IMG/VR virus record: IMGVR_UViG_3300028888_000124
Coordinates: 2,407-66,406 of that record
DNA from: a virus
Length of the DNA: 64,000 nt
Strand: one strand, 5' to 3'
Part shown: positions 9,918-19,472 of the stretch, piece by piece
Numbering within the stretch: position 1 is the stretch's first letter
How the letters are laid out: each line of letters starts with the position of its first letter
Translations under genes and position numbers: made by a program
Notes under the pieces: generated by a model
What the model was told of the DNA's origin: nothing
Databases searched by the model: none
The model's input: only the letters and a program-made list of their open reading frames with translations

Positions 9918-10091
9918 ATGGATATCAGCGTAACGATGACAAAAGAAATGTACAGGATTTTGCTGAACGGACGAAAAGCCACGGAAGATCATCCTGGCGT
10001 GAACGGATGCGGAACACCTGAAAAGGTGGCGGAATACGTGGATGAGACGTTTGGCCTGTTGGGCCATGTTGTGGAGGTCGTAACACAGTGA
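9918..10091 (+). CDS. small hypothetical protein (57 aa)
   Basis: RBS AAAGGAAGTAAAT then ATG. Confidence 0.35.
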   Translation: MDISVTMTKEMYRILLNGRKATEDHPGVNGCGTPEKVAEYVDETFGLLGHVVEVVTQ

Positions 10092-10366
10092 CTACGCAAG
10101 AATTTGAAATCGCGGCAAAGAACGCGGTCATCGGAATCATGAAACAGAACCATGGCGTCACGGTTGAGTTCAAGAACCTGCAGTTTGTGTGGTTCGCTCA
10201 TGAATTGGGGTATAAAAAGTGTACGCTGTATGCCCGTGAGCTTGGGCACTATTACCCTGAAGTGACTTATAACCTGGAGAAAAACGAAATGTATGTGGAT
10301 ATCTATTTGAAGCAAAGCAACACATGCATTCCGGGAGATCGGATGGATTTTCATACCCGCAATTAA
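10088..10366 (+). CDS. hypothetical protein (92 aa)
   Basis: ORF track. Confidence 0.45.
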   Translation: MTTQEFEIAAKNAVIGIMKQNHGVTVEFKNLQFVWFAHELGYKKCTLYARELGHYYPEVTYNLEKNEMYVDIYLKQSNTCIPGDRMDFHTRN

Positions 10367-10437
10367 AGGAAAACGTTGACAGCAATATCTTTTGCAGCCA
10401 TTTATGCAAAAACACGTTTTGAAAAGGAGAAATCAAT

Positions 10438-11991
10438 ATGAACTTTTATGATCAGCTTCAAAAGACCATCACCAACAGTGATTCCAATCGTTCTGTAACG
10501 GAAAACGGCGCTGTCGGATTCAAAACCACCGGCAGAAAGCTGCTGGATCTGAACTTTGCCGTGTCCTCTCTTCGCTCCAAGACCGACAGCGAAGTGGAGC
10601 GCATGTTTGCCGACGCTTTGGCGGACGATTTCAACACCGCCATCGTGTGGTTGTTCTTTGCCCGTGATGTGCGCGGCGGACTGGGCGAACGCCGTCTGTT
10701 CCGGGTGGCCATGAAGTATCTCGCCCGGGAATTTCCCGATACGGTGCGGAAGCTGCTGCCTCTGATCGCCGAATACGGGCGGTGGGACGATCTGCTGTGT
10801 CTGATGGGCTCCGACAAGGTAAAGAACGATGTGATTTCCATCGTGAAGGCGCAGCTCACCAGCGATATGGCGAGCATGAAAGCTGGAAAGAGCGTTTCCC
10901 TGCTCGCCAAGTGGATGTATTCGCTCAACACCTCCAGCGAAAACACCCGCAAGAAAGCGGAAATTTTTAGACGTGCCTTGGGCGTCACTCCCCGCCAGTA
11001 CCGCCTGATGCTGTCCAACCTGCGCCGCTACATTGATGTGACAGAACGGAAGATGAGCGCCAACCAGTGGGAGCAGATCAAGTATGAGGCTGTTCCCTCC
11101 CGCGCCAATTTGAATTATAACTCCGCGTTCCTCCGGCACGACGAGGCTCGCCGCCGTGCGTTCCTGGGCAAAGTGGAAAATGGAGAAGCCAAGATCAACG
11201 CTTCCGTGCTCTTCCCCCACGACATCGTGCATAAGTACAAGCAAGGGTCCTATGGTCTTACATTTGCAAACACCTCCGATCAGGCGCTGGAAGCCATGTG
11301 GAAAGCGCTGCCCAATACGGTCAAGGATGGGGAGGGCACCATCGTGGTGGCCGACGGTTCCGGCAGCATGTCTTCTCATGTGGGAAATACGGATGTTTCC
11401 GCCTGGGAAGTTGCGCATGCCCTGGCCATCTACTTTGCGGAACGGTTGCCCGGAGCGTACAAGGATCAGTACATCACCTTCTCCGAGCATCCCCAGTTGG
11501 TAAGGCTGGGCGGCAGCGGCACCTTGCTTGGCAAGATCAAGACCGCCCGTTCTCACAGCGAAGTGGCGAACACCAATATCGAAGCGGTGTTCGAGCTGAT
11601 TCTGGCAACCGCCGTTCAAAACGGCCTGCGTCAGAGCGAATTGCCCAAGAATATCCTGATCATCAGCGACATGGAGTTCGACGCCTGCGCAACTACGAAT
11701 AATGGCTGCAGCCGCTGGGACACTGTTCGCCCCACCAAGACGCTGTTCAATGCTATCGCCCGCCGCTATCACGCTCACGGGTATCAGCTTCCCCGACTGG
11801 TGTTCTGGAATGTGAACAGCCGCACCGGTACTATTCCCGTCAAGGAAAATGACCTGGGGGTGGCGTTGGTGTCCGGTTTCAGCCCCAACGTGGCGAAGAT
11901 GGTGATGTCCGGCAAGCTGGATCCCATGGACGCGCTGCTGGAAACGCTGAACGCGCCTCGGTATAACCCCGTGCGGGAAGCCCTGCGGTAA
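10438..11991 (+). CDS. DUF2828-like protein with a vWA-like MIDAS motif (DGSGSM)
   Basis: 517 aa; N-terminal GAVGFKTTGRKLLDLNF and a central vWA-like motif; RBS GAAAAGGAGAAATCAAT. Confidence 0.55.
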   Translation: MNFYDQLQKTITNSDSNRSVTENGAVGFKTTGRKLLDLNFAVSSLRSKTDSEVERMFADALADDFNTAIVWLFFARDVRGGLGERRLFRVAMKYLAREFPDTVRKLLPLIAEYGRWDDLLCLMGSDKVKNDVISIVKAQLTSDMASMKAGKSVSLLAKWMYSLNTSSENTRKKAEIFRRALGVTPRQYRLMLSNLRRYIDVTERKMSANQWEQIKYEAVPSRANLNYNSAFLRHDEARRRAFLGKVENGEAKINASVLFPHDIVHKYKQGSYGLTFANTSDQALEAMWKALPNTVKDGEGTIVVADGSGSMSSHVGNTDVSAWEVAHALAIYFAERLPGAYKDQYITFSEHPQLVRLGGSGTLLGKIKTARSHSEVANTNIEAVFELILATAVQNGLRQSELPKNILIISDMEFDACATTNNGCSRWDTVRPTKTLFNAIARRYHAHGYQLPRLVFWNVNSRTGTIPVKENDLGVALVSGFSPNVAKMVMSGKLDPMDALLETLNAPRYNPVREALR

Positions 11992-12002
11992 AAGATGTTT
12001 TT

Positions 12003-12048
12003 ACGGCGGAGAAGCGGAAATGCAGCCGCTCTCCGCTCTTTTTATAGA
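12003..12048 (+). terminator. Rho-independent terminator (GC hairpin plus TTTTTAT)
   Basis: ggcggagaagcgg..ccgctctccgctc followed by ttttta. Confidence 0.5.
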
Positions 12049-12070
12049 AGAAAAAAGAGAAGGAGAAAAC

Positions 12071-12598
12071 ATGAGCAGACAATTAAAAGCCCGTCCGCTT
12101 TCCAAGGCGAAAATTCATAGTATCTTATCACAAAATCTCAGCGAGAAAATTTCCCCTTCCAATCCCTCGCCTGTGATCATGAAGCCCGCCGCTCCTAAGT
12201 TCATTACCTTGAAAAGACAGGAAGAATTTGATTCTCTGCAGCCGGAAGAGAATCTGAAAACGTTTTTGACCTTCGCCCGGAATGTGATTGCCCGCTATGA
12301 GGACGATCAACGGCTGCAAACGGATCTGGAAACGGAAACGCAGGATCTTCTGCATCTGATTGAGCTCTCCCCTAACATGAACGCCTGTGAGTACACCAAG
12401 AAGTGCATTCAGCTGCGGGATGTGCGCCGTCAGCGCCGCGCCTGCAAGAATGAAATTGATTTACTCAAGCCTCTCTATGATTATCTGTCAGATAAGACGC
12501 TGATCAATCAGCTTTCGCAGCTTCAGGGCAAATGCAAGACCTCTAAAGAAGTGATCAGCCAGCGGCAGTATACTTTACGAACGGACGTGATGGAATGA
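12071..12598 (+). CDS. hypothetical coiled-coil protein
   Basis: ATG after GAAGGAGAAAAC, in the frame of track ORF 12020..12598. Confidence 0.5.
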   Translation: MSRQLKARPLSKAKIHSILSQNLSEKISPSNPSPVIMKPAAPKFITLKRQEEFDSLQPEENLKTFLTFARNVIARYEDDQRLQTDLETETQDLLHLIELSPNMNACEYTKKCIQLRDVRRQRRACKNEIDLLKPLYDYLSDKTLINQLSQLQGKCKTSKEVISQRQYTLRTDVME

Positions 12599-14430
12599 GC
12601 GAGGAAATCCGCTCCGCCGTCATCAAATTGGCGGATGAACACCTTTCCCCTTACGAAATCAAGCGCAAGCCCCACGGCGACGAGCTGATCCCGGAATTTT
12701 GCCCCTTCTGCATGGGCGGAAGCCACGGACAGGACAAAAAAACCTTCGCGGTCTCGCTGGATCGCGGCGTTTATGTGTGTAAACGCGGTTCCTGCGGAAA
12801 ACGCGGCACTTTGCAGATGCTGGCGGAGTTTTTTCATGAAACTGTGCAAGTGAGCGGCCAAAAAGCTGACCGTTCCAGCGCCGGAAGCCGGAATTTTGTG
12901 CTTCCCAGCGTAAAAATGCTGCCACCCACGGAAAAAATCTATCAATACTTTGAAACGAGGAAAATTTCCCGGAAAACGGTGGACTTTTTTAAGCTTGGCT
13001 CTGATGAAAAGGGAAATATCGTGTTCCCTTTTTATGTAAACGGCGAAAATGTGTTCGTTAAGTTCCGCAAGCCGGAAAAACACCGCCCGGAAGATAAATC
13101 TCCCAAGGAATGGCGCGAACCAGGCACAAAACCCGTGCTCTTTGGCATGGATATGTGCGTTTTCAGCCGCCCGTTGGTCATTACAGAAGGTCAATGCGAC
13201 GCTATGGCGCTCTACGAAGCGGGAATTGACAATGTGGTGTCGGTTCCTTCGGGGTGCGAAGACTTTTCCTGGATCGAAAACTGCTACGACTGGCTGGAGA
13301 AGTTCAAAACCATCATCCTCTTTGGCGATAACGACGAGCCGGGACAGAAAATGGTGAAAACCCTGTGCAAAAGGCTGGATGAAAGCCGCTGCCGAATCGT
13401 GGAGGATTATCCAGAGTACAGTCCGGGGAAGTTTTGCAAGGATGCCAACGAAATTCTTGCCCGCTGCGGTGAATTTACGCTCATTGACATGGTGGAAAAC
13501 GCCAAAGAGATTCCCGTTCGCGGGCTGTTGGACCTCGCTTCCGTCGCGCCCGAGGATCCCACGCTGGTGCCACGCATTAAAACCAATATTCCCAAGCTGG
13601 ACGCGCTGACGGGCGGCCTTCACGAGGGCGGCGTTACGGTGATCATGGGTCAGGCGGGGTCTGGCAAGAGCTGCCTGAGCAATATGATCATGCTCAATGC
13701 CGTGGAACAAGGGCATACCGTGGCTTTGTATACCGGCGAGTTCAACGCGCCCCGCGCTCAATATTGGATCAATCTTCAGGCGGCTGGCAGCGATTATCTC
13801 ACCACCAAATTTGATCCCATCAAAGGAAAAATGGTTCCTGTGCTCCCTTATGCGGTTCAGGAAAGGATTATGAACTGGTACAGAGGAAAACTGCTGGTGT
13901 TTGATAACGAAGAGATGTTCGATATCGACCAGGCAGACGCCGTGCTCAATGTGTTTACTGGCGCTGTGCGGCGCTATGGGGTGAGCCTGATCGTGATCGA
14001 CAACCTGATGACCCTGACATCCGATAAGGAAGATGAAACTACAGCCCAGCGCATCTTTGCCAATAAGGCCAAGCGTTTTGCCAACCGTTATGGCGTGGCG
14101 ATTCTGCTGGTAGCCCACGCCCGCAAAACAAAGGCGGGTGAAAAGCTTCGGGCGGATGATCTTTCCGGCGCTTCCGCCACGAATAATCTGGCAGAGACTA
14201 CCATGTCTGTGGAGCCTGGGCATATCACGATCCTCAAGAATCGGGACGAAGGAGTGAAGCAGGTAATTGATTTCTGCTACTGCCCGGATTCCAAACGGAT
14301 TTATCAGGCGGATGCCGGGGATCAAATGCAACTTTCCTGGGATAAGTCCGGCATTGCCCCGCCCGCTCACCTGGCCTGTTCCCTGCCGGAATATCAGGTG
14401 GTTCCACCGCCACCGTCTCAGCCTTTTTAA
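12595..14430 (+). CDS. primase-helicase (zinc finger, TOPRIM and DnaB-like helicase with Walker A GQAGSGKS)
   Basis: CPFC..C..C zinc motif, TOPRIM motifs EGQCD and DNDEPG, then a helicase domain; 611 aa. Confidence 0.85.
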   Translation: MSEEIRSAVIKLADEHLSPYEIKRKPHGDELIPEFCPFCMGGSHGQDKKTFAVSLDRGVYVCKRGSCGKRGTLQMLAEFFHETVQVSGQKADRSSAGSRNFVLPSVKMLPPTEKIYQYFETRKISRKTVDFFKLGSDEKGNIVFPFYVNGENVFVKFRKPEKHRPEDKSPKEWREPGTKPVLFGMDMCVFSRPLVITEGQCDAMALYEAGIDNVVSVPSGCEDFSWIENCYDWLEKFKTIILFGDNDEPGQKMVKTLCKRLDESRCRIVEDYPEYSPGKFCKDANEILARCGEFTLIDMVENAKEIPVRGLLDLASVAPEDPTLVPRIKTNIPKLDALTGGLHEGGVTVIMGQAGSGKSCLSNMIMLNAVEQGHTVALYTGEFNAPRAQYWINLQAAGSDYLTTKFDPIKGKMVPVLPYAVQERIMNWYRGKLLVFDNEEMFDIDQADAVLNVFTGAVRRYGVSLIVIDNLMTLTSDKEDETTAQRIFANKAKRFANRYGVAILLVAHARKTKAGEKLRADDLSGASATNNLAETTMSVEPGHITILKNRDEGVKQVIDFCYCPDSKRIYQADAGDQMQLSWDKSGIAPPAHLACSLPEYQVVPPPPSQPF

Positions 14431-14439
14431 TATTTGCTT

Positions 14440-14465
14440 CGCTTTGAAAAAGCGCTCGTCTTTTG
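14440..14465 (+). terminator. hairpin cgctttgaaaaagcg plus CTTTTG, immediately followed by the TTTGTTTCCATTAT motif and the GTTTCCA..TGGAAAC palindrome (14462..14485)
   Basis: Read directly from the sequence. Confidence 0.45.
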
Positions 14466-14513
14466 TTTCCATTATCTGTGGAAACCCAATAAACGATAAG
14501 GAGTTTTAAAACA

Positions 14514-15113
14514 ATGGAATTTATGTATGACTGGGAAGATCGTTCCAATAATTCTTGGAGCAAAATCTTTGGTTTCAACGCAAGTCCTGTCTATCAGAAA
14601 ATCATCCAGAAGCCGGATGAAATTGAAATCAAGGTAAGTATGCCCTACGTTCTCCCCCGTGTTGAACAGGTGATTTTCAATGAAGAATCCGCCACCACCG
14701 TGATCATCTGGGCGGACGGCAAAAAGACCATCGTCCATTGTGGCGAGGGTGAAACCTTTGACCGCTACACTGGTTTCATGGCCGCTGTGTGCAAGCGTCT
14801 GTTTGGCGGCACCACGACAGCAAAGAAGCTGATGAACTCTCTGGACAAACAGTATCAGGCCAAGCTCAAAGCCGAAGCAGAAGCGAAGGAGAAAGCCAAG
14901 CGGATGGCCGAGCAGGAAGAAGCCCGGAAGAAGGCCGAAGCCCGCCATGCCAAGGAAAATGATATGCTGCTGGAAGCAATGGTGGAGCATTACCTGCTGG
15001 AAGCGGAAGCCAAGCAGCGTGCCGCTGAGATCCTGGCTGCCCGCGATACCTCCGCGCTGACCGTTCCTTTTGAGGCTGCCGCCGAAGCAGAAGGAGAAAA
15101 AAATGAAAACTAA
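14514..15113 (+). CDS. hypothetical protein with an Ala/Glu/Lys-rich C-terminus
   Basis: ORF track. Confidence 0.5.
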   Translation: MEFMYDWEDRSNNSWSKIFGFNASPVYQKIIQKPDEIEIKVSMPYVLPRVEQVIFNEESATTVIIWADGKKTIVHCGEGETFDRYTGFMAAVCKRLFGGTTTAKKLMNSLDKQYQAKLKAEAEAKEKAKRMAEQEEARKKAEARHAKENDMLLEAMVEHYLLEAEAKQRAAEILAARDTSALTVPFEAAAEAEGEKNEN

Positions 15114-15666
15114 GTTTCTGATTGTCGTAGACATGCAGAATGATTTTGTCACCGGTTCCCTGGGCTCTCAAGAAGCCCAGGGGATCGTTTCCAATGTGGT
15201 AAAGCGGATTGAAAATGCCAGAGAAAACGGCTGGTCTATCTACGCCACGCAGGATACCCATTACGACGATTACCTTGAAACGCAGGAAGGAAAGAAGCTT
15301 CCCGTCCCGCATTGCGTGATCGGAACGGAGGGCTGGGAGCTGGCTCCCGCTGTAGCGGATTGCCTGGAAAAGGAGCCCTTCATGTGCTATGAAAAGAATA
15401 CGTTTGGCAGCGTGAATCTGGCCGAGGATCTTGCCGAGATCATTCACACCGGAGATTTTGACGAGCCTGAATGCGAGATCGAATTGATCGGCCTGTGCAC
15501 GGATATCTGCGTGGTGTCCAACGCTTTGCTTTTGAAAGCCTATCTGCCTGAAGCAAACATTTCCGTCAATGCTTCCTGCTGTGCTGGGGTCACACTGGAA
15601 AAGCACAAGGCCGCACTGGAAGTAATGAGGTCCTGCCACATTAAAGTAATTGAAGGAGAAGAATAA
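15103..15666 (+). CDS. pncA: nicotinamidase / isochorismatase-family cysteine hydrolase (PncA-like)
   Basis: VVDMQNDF, conserved Lys and LCTDICV catalytic Cys motifs. Sits in an operon with nadE, nadD and pncB. Confidence 0.7.
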   Translation: MKTKFLIVVDMQNDFVTGSLGSQEAQGIVSNVVKRIENARENGWSIYATQDTHYDDYLETQEGKKLPVPHCVIGTEGWELAPAVADCLEKEPFMCYEKNTFGSVNLAEDLAEIIHTGDFDEPECEIELIGLCTDICVVSNALLLKAYLPEANISVNASCCAGVTLEKHKAALEVMRSCHIKVIEGEE

Positions 15667-16454
15667 TGTACGATTTTGACCCCGTGGAAACTCGTGATAT
15701 GTTGGTGGCGGGCATCCACCGTATTGCCCGTCAAGGCGGATTTAACAAAGTAGTTATCGGTATTTCTGGCGGAAAGGATTCTACTGTGGCTGCTGCTCTG
15801 TGCGTTCGCGCTCTTGGCAAACAAAATGTGTATGGGGTGCTGTTGCCGGATGGTGTACAAGATGACATTGATGACAGCTATAAAGTTTGTGAAACTCTTG
15901 GCATTCCTTACACAATCATCAATATTGATGAAATGCATGACTCCTTAAAAAATGGAATCATTCTTTCTCTTGACCACAATCACAATATGTCGATTCCATT
16001 TTCCGAAGAAGCTGACATCAACGTGGCTCCCCGCCTTCGTATGACGGTGCTTCGATATATCACGCAAGCATTGGGCGCTCGATTAGCCGGCACTGGAAAT
16101 CTTTCCGAAATGACCGTCGGGTATTGCACAAAAGACGGCGATACCTCCTGCGATTTCTCTGTATTGGGCGGATTAACCAGCATTGAAGTTGTTCAGGTTG
16201 GCTTGACCATGCCTGAGATTCCCCGTGAATTGGTGCTCAAAACGCCCTCCGACGGTTTGTCTGGTATGAGTGATGAAGAAAAGCTGGGTGTTTCCTACGA
16301 GGATATTCATAAGTATATTCGCGGCCTCAAAGGCGTTCCTGAAGATGTGAAGGAAAAGATTTGCAAGCTTCAGGATAGAAGTTCGCACAAGCGCCGTTGG
16401 CCTCCTATTGCTTCTTATACGGTTCACGGGAATAATCTTTGGGAGCCATTTTAA
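15666..16454 (+). CDS. nadE: NH3-dependent NAD+ synthetase
   Basis: PP-loop GISGGKDST; 262 aa. Confidence 0.85.
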   Translation: MYDFDPVETRDMLVAGIHRIARQGGFNKVVIGISGGKDSTVAAALCVRALGKQNVYGVLLPDGVQDDIDDSYKVCETLGIPYTIINIDEMHDSLKNGIILSLDHNHNMSIPFSEEADINVAPRLRMTVLRYITQALGARLAGTGNLSEMTVGYCTKDGDTSCDFSVLGGLTSIEVVQVGLTMPEIPRELVLKTPSDGLSGMSDEEKLGVSYEDIHKYIRGLKGVPEDVKEKICKLQDRSSHKRRWPPIASYTVHGNNLWEPF

Positions 16455-16463
16455 GGAGGCCGT

Positions 16464-17111
16464 ATGAAAAAAGTTTTGGCGTATTGCGGCGCGTTTAATC
16501 CGCCAACAAATGCCCATGTCAATCTTGCGGAATTGGCTTTGAAAGAAACGGGACGGGAACAGGTGGTTTTCGTCCCATCTAAAGCTGAATATATTGTGGA
16601 TGAACAAAAAAAAGAGTATGCGTATGAAGATGCTTTGCGGCTGAATATGCTGGAAGACTTGGCGCTTACTCGCCCATGGATGCATATATGCCGTCATGAT
16701 ATGGAAGGCGAAACACAGCCTCGCACTTACGAAACTTTGTGTTGGCTGAAAGAGCAGGGATATGATCCCGCTTTGCTGATTGGTTCGGATGTGCTTGAAA
16801 GCATGGAAAGAGAATGGAAGAACGCTGATAAGATCGCGCAGGAGTTTGGCATTGTTTGCCTGACAAGAAGTACCCTTCAGTTACCAGATGCCTATCAAGA
16901 TGACGCTTTTCTTGCTCCGCTGCTTCCGCGCATCACTTTTGTCCATTCGCCGGAAGAATATTTGTTGAAGTCATCCACTGGTGCACGCTACCAATATGAT
17001 CAATCCATTCGCTATTGGGAAGGGCTTTGCGATATTGTTCCGCCAGAAGTGGCTGCTTATTTGCTAAAAGATTTTGTGGATATTTTATTAGGAGGTTCTC
17101 ATGAAGCTTGA
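16464..17111 (+). CDS. nadD: nicotinate-nucleotide adenylyltransferase (NadD / NMNAT family)
   Basis: CGAFNPPTNAH nucleotidyltransferase motif; 215 aa. Confidence 0.75.
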   Translation: MKKVLAYCGAFNPPTNAHVNLAELALKETGREQVVFVPSKAEYIVDEQKKEYAYEDALRLNMLEDLALTRPWMHICRHDMEGETQPRTYETLCWLKEQGYDPALLIGSDVLESMEREWKNADKIAQEFGIVCLTRSTLQLPDAYQDDAFLAPLLPRITFVHSPEEYLLKSSTGARYQYDQSIRYWEGLCDIVPPEVAAYLLKDFVDILLGGSHEA

Positions 17112-18318
17112 GCCTATTATTATTTCTTTGCTGGATACTGACCTATATAAATTTAACATGAATCAGGTCATGTTTCATCACCACACGGATTTGTGCGGTA
17201 CTTATGTATTTAAATGCCGAAACAAGGGCGTTCGATTTACACCTGAAATGCTGGATGAGATCAATACACAGATCGATCATTTGTGCACGCTGACATTCCA
17301 GGAAGATGAATTGAATTATCTACGTTCCATCCGTTTTATCAAGCCTGATTATGTTGAGTTTTTGCGCCTGTGGCGTCCCATCCGTGATTATGTGTTTACC
17401 GCTTTGAAGGAGGATACGGGCGAACTGATTGTTCAAGTGAAAGGTCCGCTGTTCTCCGCCATGCAGTTTGAAATCTATCTATTGGAAATCATTAACGAGG
17501 TTTATTTTGCTTTCCAATACAAGGATTATTATGTTGGCATGACAATGGAAGCTGTCAATCGGTTGGATAAAAAGATCGGCGGTTTCATTACCGGACAATA
17601 CACTTTTAAATTTGCCGAATTTGGATGCCGCCGCCGTTGGAACCGAAACTGGGAAGACCGTGTGGTGGAACGCTTTGCCACAGAAACAAATAACATGGTT
17701 GGCACCAGCAACGTGTACCTTGCCAAGAAATATGGACTTACGCCTATTGGCACTTACGCCCATGAATATGTTCAAATGTATCAGGGTATTGACAAAATTC
17801 CTTTGGCATATACCAATTACTATGCGCTAAAGGATTGGTACAATGAATACAAGGGCGATAACGGCACCGCGCTGACCGATACTATCACCACCGATTTGTT
17901 CCTATTGGATTTTGACCGTTCTATGTGCAACAACTTTACCGGCGTTCGTCATGACAGCGGCGATCCCTATGTATGGGGAGAAAAGATCATTGCCCATTAT
18001 CAGAAGTACGGCATCGACCCCAAGACCAAGACGCTGTTATTCTCCGACTCTCTGAATTTCGATAAAGCCCAGGCTTTGTACGATCATTTCAAAGACAGGG
18101 CGCGGGTATCCTTTGGTATCGGCACGTTTGTTTCCAATGATACCGGTGTTGAGCCGCTGAATATTGTGATCAAGCTGCAGGAGGTCAATGGAAAACCTGT
18201 TGCTAAGCTGAGTGATTCCTTGGGCAAAACCATGTGTCAAGACGAAGAATATGTAAAGTATCTTCGCAGCGCGGTGCAATTCAGATTAGATAGAGAAGGA
18301 GCTGGCTATGGAACCTAA
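17101..18318 (+). CDS. pncB: nicotinate phosphoribosyltransferase
   Basis: N-terminal signature LLDTDLYKFNM typical of NAPRTase; 405 aa. Confidence 0.8.
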   Translation: MKLEPIIISLLDTDLYKFNMNQVMFHHHTDLCGTYVFKCRNKGVRFTPEMLDEINTQIDHLCTLTFQEDELNYLRSIRFIKPDYVEFLRLWRPIRDYVFTALKEDTGELIVQVKGPLFSAMQFEIYLLEIINEVYFAFQYKDYYVGMTMEAVNRLDKKIGGFITGQYTFKFAEFGCRRRWNRNWEDRVVERFATETNNMVGTSNVYLAKKYGLTPIGTYAHEYVQMYQGIDKIPLAYTNYYALKDWYNEYKGDNGTALTDTITTDLFLLDFDRSMCNNFTGVRHDSGDPYVWGEKIIAHYQKYGIDPKTKTLLFSDSLNFDKAQALYDHFKDRARVSFGIGTFVSNDTGVEPLNIVIKLQEVNGKPVAKLSDSLGKTMCQDEEYVKYLRSAVQFRLDREGAGYGT

Positions 18319-18676
18319 ATGGCTGTATCGTTTAGAGAGCACCGATCCGTCCATGGGGCTTTGGTATAACGCTAACGGCGAATATGTGTGGACGATTGGT
18401 ACACTGCCGGATTGCCAAACCAGAGATCTTCCCATGGGCTATGATGAACGGTATCGGAAGGACGGGCGTTCCTGGAATTCTTCCTGCTCCAACCCGGAGG
18501 ACTTGGCGCATTGGTTCTCCTTGGATGATGCGCTGACGTTGATGAAAAAGGGTTTCCGGTTTATGAGGTATTTGGCAACGGAATATACGGAATATCCTTT
18601 GGAAACTGTGTTTATTAAAGATACCTGCCTTGCCAGTGAACCTGTAGACCCGCGTACATTATACAAGGAGATATAA
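18308..18676 (+). CDS. hypothetical protein (122 aa)
   Basis: ORF track. Confidence 0.45.
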   Translation: MEPKWLYRLESTDPSMGLWYNANGEYVWTIGTLPDCQTRDLPMGYDERYRKDGRSWNSSCSNPEDLAHWFSLDDALTLMKKGFRFMRYLATEYTEYPLETVFIKDTCLASEPVDPRTLYKEI

Positions 18677-18677
18677 A

Positions 18678-19472
18678 ATGTGCACGATTCCTGCCAATTT
18701 TAAATGGAGCTTTTCAAAATAGGAAAGCTATTCTCACTGTCCCATGATGTTCAAGCTGCATTATTTGGACGGGATCAAGGGAGATAACAATGCTTTTGCG
18801 CTGTACGGTTCGCTGTGCCATTCCCTCCTGGAGGATTATGAGAAAGGCAATATCCCCTCCTTTGCTTTGGCTGAGGAATATGAATCCCGCTATGATGGCA
18901 GCATTACTGCTCCGTGGCCGCCATTTCCCAAAGGCATGGCGCAAAAGTATTACGAGCAAGGGCTTCAGTATTTTGAATCCTTTGATGGGTTCGGCGATCA
19001 ATATGAAATCATTTCCGTAGAAGAAAAGTTTGAGCTGAACATTGAAGGATATCCTTTGGTTGGGCTGGCCGACCTGGTGCTCAGGGACAAAGAAACGGGT
19101 GAGATCACCGTCATCGATCATAAGTCCAAGTCCTCCTCCACCATGCAGAAGGATCTTCCCACTTACCGAAGGCAGCTTTATATCTATGCCGCTTACGTGA
19201 AAGAAAAGTTCGGCGTGTACCCCAAGTATTTGAAATTCAATTTGTTCCGGGAGAACGAATGGGTCACAGAAGAATTTGACCTGAACATGCTCAACGAAAC
19301 GATGAAGTGGGTGGTGGAAACGATTGAAAACATTTTGTTTGAAACGGATTGGAAGGTGTCGTGCTCGTCCTACTTCTGCCGCTTTGTCTGTTCAGTTTTC
19401 GATCATTGTCCCGCCAAGGAAGCGGTGCTGAATCCTCCGCCGAAAGAAAAGAAAGAGAAAAAGAATGAATAA
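18678..19472 (+). CDS. PD-(D/E)xK Cas4/RecB-like exonuclease with a Cys cluster; in-frame TAG at 18720
   Basis: RBS AAGGAG then ATG at 18678, in frame with track ORF 18744. N-terminus SFSK(TAG)ESYSHCP fits the S.S.L..Y..CP motif; QhxxY (YRRQLY) and C-terminal CxxxCxxxxxC. Confidence 0.7.
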
